Of a DNA stretch of 20,000 nucleotides, positions 15,383 through 20,000 are shown in pieces. Where the stretch lies: the IMG/VR virus record IMGVR_UViG_3300028888_000009. One strand, written 5' to 3'. Source of the DNA: an uncultured virus (IMG/VR IMGVR_UViG_3300028888_000009) (Duplodnaviria; Heunggongvirae; Uroviricota; Caudoviricetes). How positions within the stretch are numbered: the first letter of the stretch is position 1; the number at the start of each line of letters is the position of its first letter. Under the pieces are notes generated by a model. The model ran no database searches. It was not told where the DNA came from and saw nothing but the letters and a program-made list of their open reading frames with translations. The translations under genes and the position numbers were made by a program.

Positions 15383-15999
15383 AAGACTGGATTGGAAACG
15401 GAAACTCCATCTTCAAGACCTTGGGCGCATCCAACCACACTGACAAGGAGCGTGAGGCACAAGACTACTACGCCACCGACCCGATAGCGATTGACAAACT
15501 CGCCGCCGTGTACGATATTCCACATTATATATGGGAACCTGCCTGTGGTGAAGGACATTTAGCGAAAAGGTTAAAAGAATTAGGCCACGGAGTTATTAGC
15601 ACTGATTTATTTGATAGAGGTTATGGGCTTGATGGAGTTGACTTCTTGAAAAAAAACGATGTTCCTTTTGCCGCCCATGTTACAAAATGGGCAATCCTCA
15701 CCAATCCACCTTACAAGTATGCAACCGAATTTGTTTTACAAGCCTTGCAATTACTACCCAAAGGCGCACCCTGCATCATGCTATTGAAGACAACAGCATT
15801 GGAGGGCAAAGGCCGTTGGGAAAGGCTTTACAGCAAAGGCTACCTGAAAGCCGTGTACCAGTTCAGCGAGCGGCTGCTATGCGCCAAGAACGGTGACTTT
15901 GAGGGTATGAAGGCAGGCGGTGGCAGTGCCGTGTCCTACGCATGGTTCATCTTCGCCAACGACGGAAAGAACGACCCACCGAAAATCTATTGGATATGA
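15379..15999 (+). CDS. Orphan amino-DNA methyltransferase (N6-adenine/N4-cytosine, NPPY)
   Basis: DYYAT, SAM-binding IWEPACGEGH, STDL and catalytic ILTNPPY motifs, plus YAWFIF. No cognate restriction enzyme adjacent. Confidence 0.85.
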   Translation: MKDWIGNGNSIFKTLGASNHTDKEREAQDYYATDPIAIDKLAAVYDIPHYIWEPACGEGHLAKRLKELGHGVISTDLFDRGYGLDGVDFLKKNDVPFAAHVTKWAILTNPPYKYATEFVLQALQLLPKGAPCIMLLKTTALEGKGRWERLYSKGYLKAVYQFSERLLCAKNGDFEGMKAGGGSAVSYAWFIFANDGKNDPPKIYWI

Positions 16000-16490
16000 A
16001 GCATAACACAACCATATTATATATTATCGTATTAGCCTGCGCCTTCTTCGGCCTCAATGCCGAATGGGGCTACATGGCAGGCTCTCCGTGGTGGTCGCAC
16101 CTCACCTTCCACTTCGCCCACGGCAACATCTTCCACCTTGCCGCCAACCTCCTTGTCGCGTTTCTGCTTCTGCTCAACCGCAAAGACCCTTGGTGGCTGT
16201 GGCCAGTGTGCTATGCCGTGGCTACGCTTTGCTCCTTCTGCATCGCAACGAACAAGCCTACGGTGGGATTGTCTGGCCTGCTCCTCGCCTACTACGGCAT
16301 CATATGCTACAAAGACGGAGCAAAGTGGCGTTCCATGCTCTACACCTTGGGTTATATGGTGGTGTCGTGCCTCTTCGCCTCACGCCTCGCAATAGGATTG
16401 CATTTTATGTGCTTCGCCATCGGTGCCGCCATCGGCGGAGTGATGCTGTGGCTATCCAACATAGAGAGAAAGGAGAAGATGTATGGCTAA
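15996..16490 (+). CDS. Rhomboid-family intramembrane serine protease
   Basis: Start MKHNTT (ATG 15996, ATGA overlap). About six hydrophobic segments, HFAHGNIFHLAAN (HxxxxHxxxN), catalytic GLSG (GxSG) and catalytic His in IGLHFMCFAIG. Confidence 0.85.
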   Translation: MKHNTTILYIIVLACAFFGLNAEWGYMAGSPWWSHLTFHFAHGNIFHLAANLLVAFLLLLNRKDPWWLWPVCYAVATLCSFCIATNKPTVGLSGLLLAYYGIICYKDGAKWRSMLYTLGYMVVSCLFASRLAIGLHFMCFAIGAAIGGVMLWLSNIERKEKMYG

Positions 16491-18765
16491 CAAGACAAGC
16501 GATTTAGACCTTGAGGTGCAGGCGATGTGCGACGAGAACCGCCGCCGTATGCGCTACCTCCAAGCCGACTACGACCCCATCACGGGCGAAGGACTTGAAC
16601 TGCGCGACCCAAAGACCAACGAGAACCTGCACTACCGCAAGCGCATCGAGATACCCGACCATATCATCCCAGTCCAATGGCTTACCCTTGAAACAAGGCG
16701 CAATAACCTCTACAAGCAGGTGATTGAATGCGGCAGCATAGCCAAATACATTGAGAAGGTGCTGGACGAAGACCCCGAAGACGAGGAAATCATCCAAATG
16801 ATACAACGCTCCCTCGTTGAGATACGCTACCGTTTCGACTTCCCTCATTGGGCTTACATGAACTGGCGTGTCAAGGACAAACGAGGTATTGACGAGAGTG
16901 TGGTGCTGACCGAGGAAGAAGCCGAGCGCATCAAAGCCTCACGCATCGAAAGCGACGACTCTTCCCTTATCCCCTTCAAACTCAACCGCGCACAACTCGA
17001 CCTTGAAGCAGGTGTGGAGTCGCAACGTGTCAAAGGTCTACCCATCCGCATCATCTTCGCCAAGAACCGCCAATGCGGTGGCTCTACCTATGCCGAAGCG
17101 AAACTGGCTTGGATTCAGCTCTGCCACAAGAACGGATGGAACTCCGTCATCGTTGCGCAGGTGTCGGCTACAGCAAAGAAGATTCAGATGATGTACGAGA
17201 AAGCCATTGGCCACTACCCGCCTTGGCTACTTGGATTGCCCGACAACGAGCGGCTGCGCTTCTCGCAATATGGCCGTTCTGCCTCCGACTTCCGCATCAC
17301 CTACGGAACCACATCCAACCCACAGCCTGCCCGTGACGCGGTTATCTCCGTAGGCACATACAACAACCCCGACTCCCTGCCCGGTACGGATATGGCTCTC
17401 GCCCATATCTCCGAGTTGGCATTGTGGAAAAACACCGATGGCAAGTCACCCGAGGATTTGTTCAAGTCGGTGGCTGGTGGTATCATGAATATGCCGCTCA
17501 CCGCCATCATCATCGAAAGCACACCTCGTGGCAGCGGCAACTACTTCGCCGACGAATACGCAAGAGCCAAGTCGGGCAAGAGTGCCTACCTCGCCATGTT
17601 CATCAAACTGTCATCCAACCCCTACGACATTGAGCCTGTCAAGAGCCTCCGTGGTTTCATCCGTTGGATGATTGAGAACAAGAACAACCGCAACTGCCCC
17701 GAAGAGATATTTGGTCATAAGGGAAAGCCCTGCCGTGTGTCGGGTCAGTTCATCTGGAAGATGTGGGAGAACGGCTCCACCATTGAGAACATACATTGGT
17801 ATCTGCTCAAACACTTGGAGTTCAGCCGCCACTCCGATATGGCCTCCGAAGCACCCGTTGACGACATCGAAGCCTTTGCCAACACCGATTCGTTGGTGTT
17901 CGACATGTACGATGTGGATGCCTTGGAGAAGCAATGCGTCAAAGAGCCTATCAAGGTGGGCGACATCTACTCCGACTATACACTTGGCAAGGATACCTTG
18001 GAGAACTATGAGTTTGAGGAACGACCGGGCGGCACGATGAAGATTTGGGAAGAGCCTAACCCCGTCAAGATGACCAACCAATATATCGTGGTGGTGGATA
18101 TAGGCTACTTCTCTGCCAAGGCCGACTGGTCTATCATCCGTGTCGTTGACCGCTCCGAGGTGGCCAGCGGTGGCATGGAGAAGACTGTCTTGCTATGGCA
18201 TGGGCATATCCCCCACGATTACCTTGCATGGAAAGCCGTGCAGGTGGCCAAGTGGTACAACAACGCCCTGCTTGTCTTTGAGAGCAACACGCTTGAAAAG
18301 GAAAGGAACAGAGAAAACACGGTTGTAGTTGTTGACGACCTTGGCAACGAGTTGAACTACATCCTTGAAATCATAGACTACTGCTACGACAACACCTACC
18401 TACGCCGTGAGTCGCAGGCACAAGATGTGAATGGTGGTGGCGGCAAACTGGTTGTCGGTTTCCACACCAACAAGAAGACCAAGCCAGGCATCGTACGCAC
18501 CCTCGAAGCCGCCATCCGCGACAAGGACTTCATCGAACCCGACAAGGAGACCATTGAGGAGTTCCGTCACTACGAGCGCAAGCAGAACGGCTCATACGGA
18601 GCAATGGCAGGCTGCAAGGACGACCGCCTCATGACCATCGGCATTGCCTTATACATATCCCGCACCCTTGACGGAGGTCTGCCTGCACCAAGGCGCAAAG
18701 ACCTTCCGCAAGAGAAGGAGAAGCAACACGACTACCACAACACCCACGGAGAAGCATCATTCTAA
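16483..18765 (+). CDS. terL: Terminase large subunit
   Basis: FKLNRAQ (Q-motif), KNRQCGGST (Walker A, KxRQxGxST type), AHISE (Walker B), IIESTPRG (coupling motif), RNase H-like VVVDIG..ADWS and KDDRLM. Confidence 0.9.
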   Translation: MANKTSDLDLEVQAMCDENRRRMRYLQADYDPITGEGLELRDPKTNENLHYRKRIEIPDHIIPVQWLTLETRRNNLYKQVIECGSIAKYIEKVLDEDPEDEEIIQMIQRSLVEIRYRFDFPHWAYMNWRVKDKRGIDESVVLTEEEAERIKASRIESDDSSLIPFKLNRAQLDLEAGVESQRVKGLPIRIIFAKNRQCGGSTYAEAKLAWIQLCHKNGWNSVIVAQVSATAKKIQMMYEKAIGHYPPWLLGLPDNERLRFSQYGRSASDFRITYGTTSNPQPARDAVISVGTYNNPDSLPGTDMALAHISELALWKNTDGKSPEDLFKSVAGGIMNMPLTAIIIESTPRGSGNYFADEYARAKSGKSAYLAMFIKLSSNPYDIEPVKSLRGFIRWMIENKNNRNCPEEIFGHKGKPCRVSGQFIWKMWENGSTIENIHWYLLKHLEFSRHSDMASEAPVDDIEAFANTDSLVFDMYDVDALEKQCVKEPIKVGDIYSDYTLGKDTLENYEFEERPGGTMKIWEEPNPVKMTNQYIVVVDIGYFSAKADWSIIRVVDRSEVASGGMEKTVLLWHGHIPHDYLAWKAVQVAKWYNNALLVFESNTLEKERNRENTVVVVDDLGNELNYILEIIDYCYDNTYLRRESQAQDVNGGGGKLVVGFHTNKKTKPGIVRTLEAAIRDKDFIEPDKETIEEFRHYERKQNGSYGAMAGCKDDRLMTIGIALYISRTLDGGLPAPRRKDLPQEKEKQHDYHNTHGEASF

Positions 18766-18777
18766 AAACACAACAAT

Positions 18778-19287
18778 ATGAACTGGTTCAAAATATTAAG
18801 GAGATACATCATCATCAAGACCGCAGAGTCCTACTACAACCGCATGATGGAAGGCTGCAACGAACTATACAAAAAGACAAGGCAGCACCACTACATCATC
18901 ATTGACCCCTTCAAGGGCAACAAGATCACCATCACAAACCGCGCCAACTTCCGCACCACCAAGCGAGCCATCAACGACAGCGGCATCCGTATGGGTATCC
19001 GCACTGGCGAACTCGTCCTCACCGATGTCACCATGCCAGATGTGCATGACGGCTGCTTCTACTCCACCCTGCTCAAAGCCGACCTTGACAAGCTGATGCG
19101 CAAGCCAGAGGAGAATGCCAAGGCCATCAAGCACCTCACCAACGACATAGAGGCAAGGCGCAGAGCCTACATCAAGTGGACACTCGACCACGCTAAGATT
19201 CGCCACCGCAAGACCCGCCGTGAACGCCAAGAGGAACGCATTATCCGCAAGGAACTCAAAGCTATTAAGAAAGGGCAAAAGAAATGA
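18778..19287 (+). CDS. Hypothetical basic protein
   Basis: 169-aa ORF with codon usage like terL and an A-rich leader. Coupled (ATGA) to the next gene. Confidence 0.7.
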   Translation: MNWFKILRRYIIIKTAESYYNRMMEGCNELYKKTRQHHYIIIDPFKGNKITITNRANFRTTKRAINDSGIRMGIRTGELVLTDVTMPDVHDGCFYSTLLKADLDKLMRKPEENAKAIKHLTNDIEARRRAYIKWTLDHAKIRHRKTRRERQEERIIRKELKAIKKGQKK

Positions 19288-19697
19288 TTATAGAAGAAAA
19301 AGATAAGTTCCGCATTGAAACATCAAGGATGATGTTGACAATATTACTTCAAAAGAACATATCGTTGCAACCGTGCGAATATGGGACTATGGCAGCTGCA
19401 TCAGTTGCGCTTGCTGACGCGCTTATTAAGAATCTTGAAGAAATGCCACTACCACAAAATGTTGACACGAAGCATCCAATTATAGAAGATGGATTTATAA
19501 AGGTTACTTCTTATCATGGCAACTCAAAATACATTGTCAAAGGTAGAATCTATAAAGGAGATAGCTATAGCCTTTTTGGAGATAAAATAATTGCCCGATT
19601 GAAAACTGGAGTTAAATCAAGACCAGACGTATTTATTCGGTCTAATCAGGGAAGTTGGGTAGAGGCAACAGAAGAAGAATACAATGAGCAGAAATAA
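19284..19697 (+). CDS. Hypothetical protein (low GC)
   Basis: 137-aa ORF with a 'AAASVALADALIKNL' helix. AT-rich (20/60 GC in 19501-19560). Confidence 0.65.
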   Translation: MIIEEKDKFRIETSRMMLTILLQKNISLQPCEYGTMAAASVALADALIKNLEEMPLPQNVDTKHPIIEDGFIKVTSYHGNSKYIVKGRIYKGDSYSLFGDKIIARLKTGVKSRPDVFIRSNQGSWVEATEEEYNEQK

Positions 19698-19702
19698 AAA
19701 CT

Positions 19703-19733
19703 AAAAACCCGCCCCAGCAATAGCCGAAGCGGG
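19703..19733 (-). terminator. Rho-independent terminator between convergent genes
   Basis: Minus strand CCCGCTTCGGC-TATT-GCTGGGGCGGG-TTTTT: an 11-bp stem with G-U pairs plus a U-tract, downstream of the gene ending at 19762. Confidence 0.75.
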
Positions 19734-19761
19734 AAACACAACCCATCATGAAAAGATTACC

Positions 19762-20000
19762 TTATCTCAATTTGTTGTTGAGCCGTGTCTCGAAGTCAAC
19801 GCTGAGGTAAGAATACCTCTCGTTGGGCTTCAGATATGTGTATATGGCAAAAATGAAATACTTGTAACTCATACCTCGCAAGGTGTTCAGCCTGCCGTAC
19901 TTCACTCCATCCCTGCTTCCATAAACGGCCATCTTCACGAAACTCATGTTGGCGAAGTGTGTGTATCTATGCAATGTCCTCACAAGCGTCTTGTACTCGT
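19762..20000 (-). CDS. C-terminus of a probable virion tail/stabilisation protein (partial)
   Basis: Frame is open to the window edge (..EYKTLVRTLHR...VYGSRDG...LRGMSYKYF...ETRLNNKLR*). The beta-rich C-terminal pattern resembles phage tail-tube/nozzle proteins. Confidence 0.5.
   Translation of the reverse strand, partial: EYKTLVRTLHRYTHFANMSFVKMAVYGSRDGVKYGRLNTLRGMSYKYFIFAIYTYLKPNERYSYLSVDFETRLNNKLR

Noticed and set aside
14820..19760. Site-specific invertible segment explaining the reversed terminase operon
   Set aside because: I found no flanking inverted repeats or recombinase. The dedicated promoter and terminator suggest a stable arrangement.
1..20000. Stop-codon reassignment, CRISPR array, tRNA or rRNA genes
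   Set aside because: Genes tile the window densely in the standard code with no fragmented ORFs. I saw no regularly spaced repeats or cloverleaf-like sequences, and intergenic gaps are short.

Overview
A 20-kb segment of a tailed dsDNA phage or prophage, most likely infecting Bacteroidales (TAnnTTTG-type promoter, BACON-like proteins, DUF5675-like lysin). The minus strand (14733 leftwards past position 1) is a late/structural region. In order it carries scaffold, major capsid protein (MCP), head-completion genes, two BACON-like genes, an uncharacterised Gly/Cys-rich module with its own promoter, fibre and carbohydrate-binding genes, and a lysis cassette interrupted by a double-HNH endonuclease. 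A divergent plus-strand operon (14942-19697) encodes a probable regulator, an NPPY DNA methyltransferase, a rhomboid intramembrane protease, the large terminase and two unknown ORFs. The 3' end of another minus-strand virion gene enters at the right edge. Four observations stand out. (1) Three adjacent genes carry complementary half-BACON domains, arranged like the anchor, shaft and tip of a self-polymerising fibre. (2) The MCP begins with a signal/TM-like helix while a rhomboid protease sits next to the terminase, suggesting membrane-linked capsid maturation. (3) A 53-bp element is duplicated upstream of two late transcription units and probably defines a phage-specific late promoter. (4) A self-contained 'QCCC' five-gene module has unknown function. 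All family assignments come from motif recognition by eye, not from database searches.
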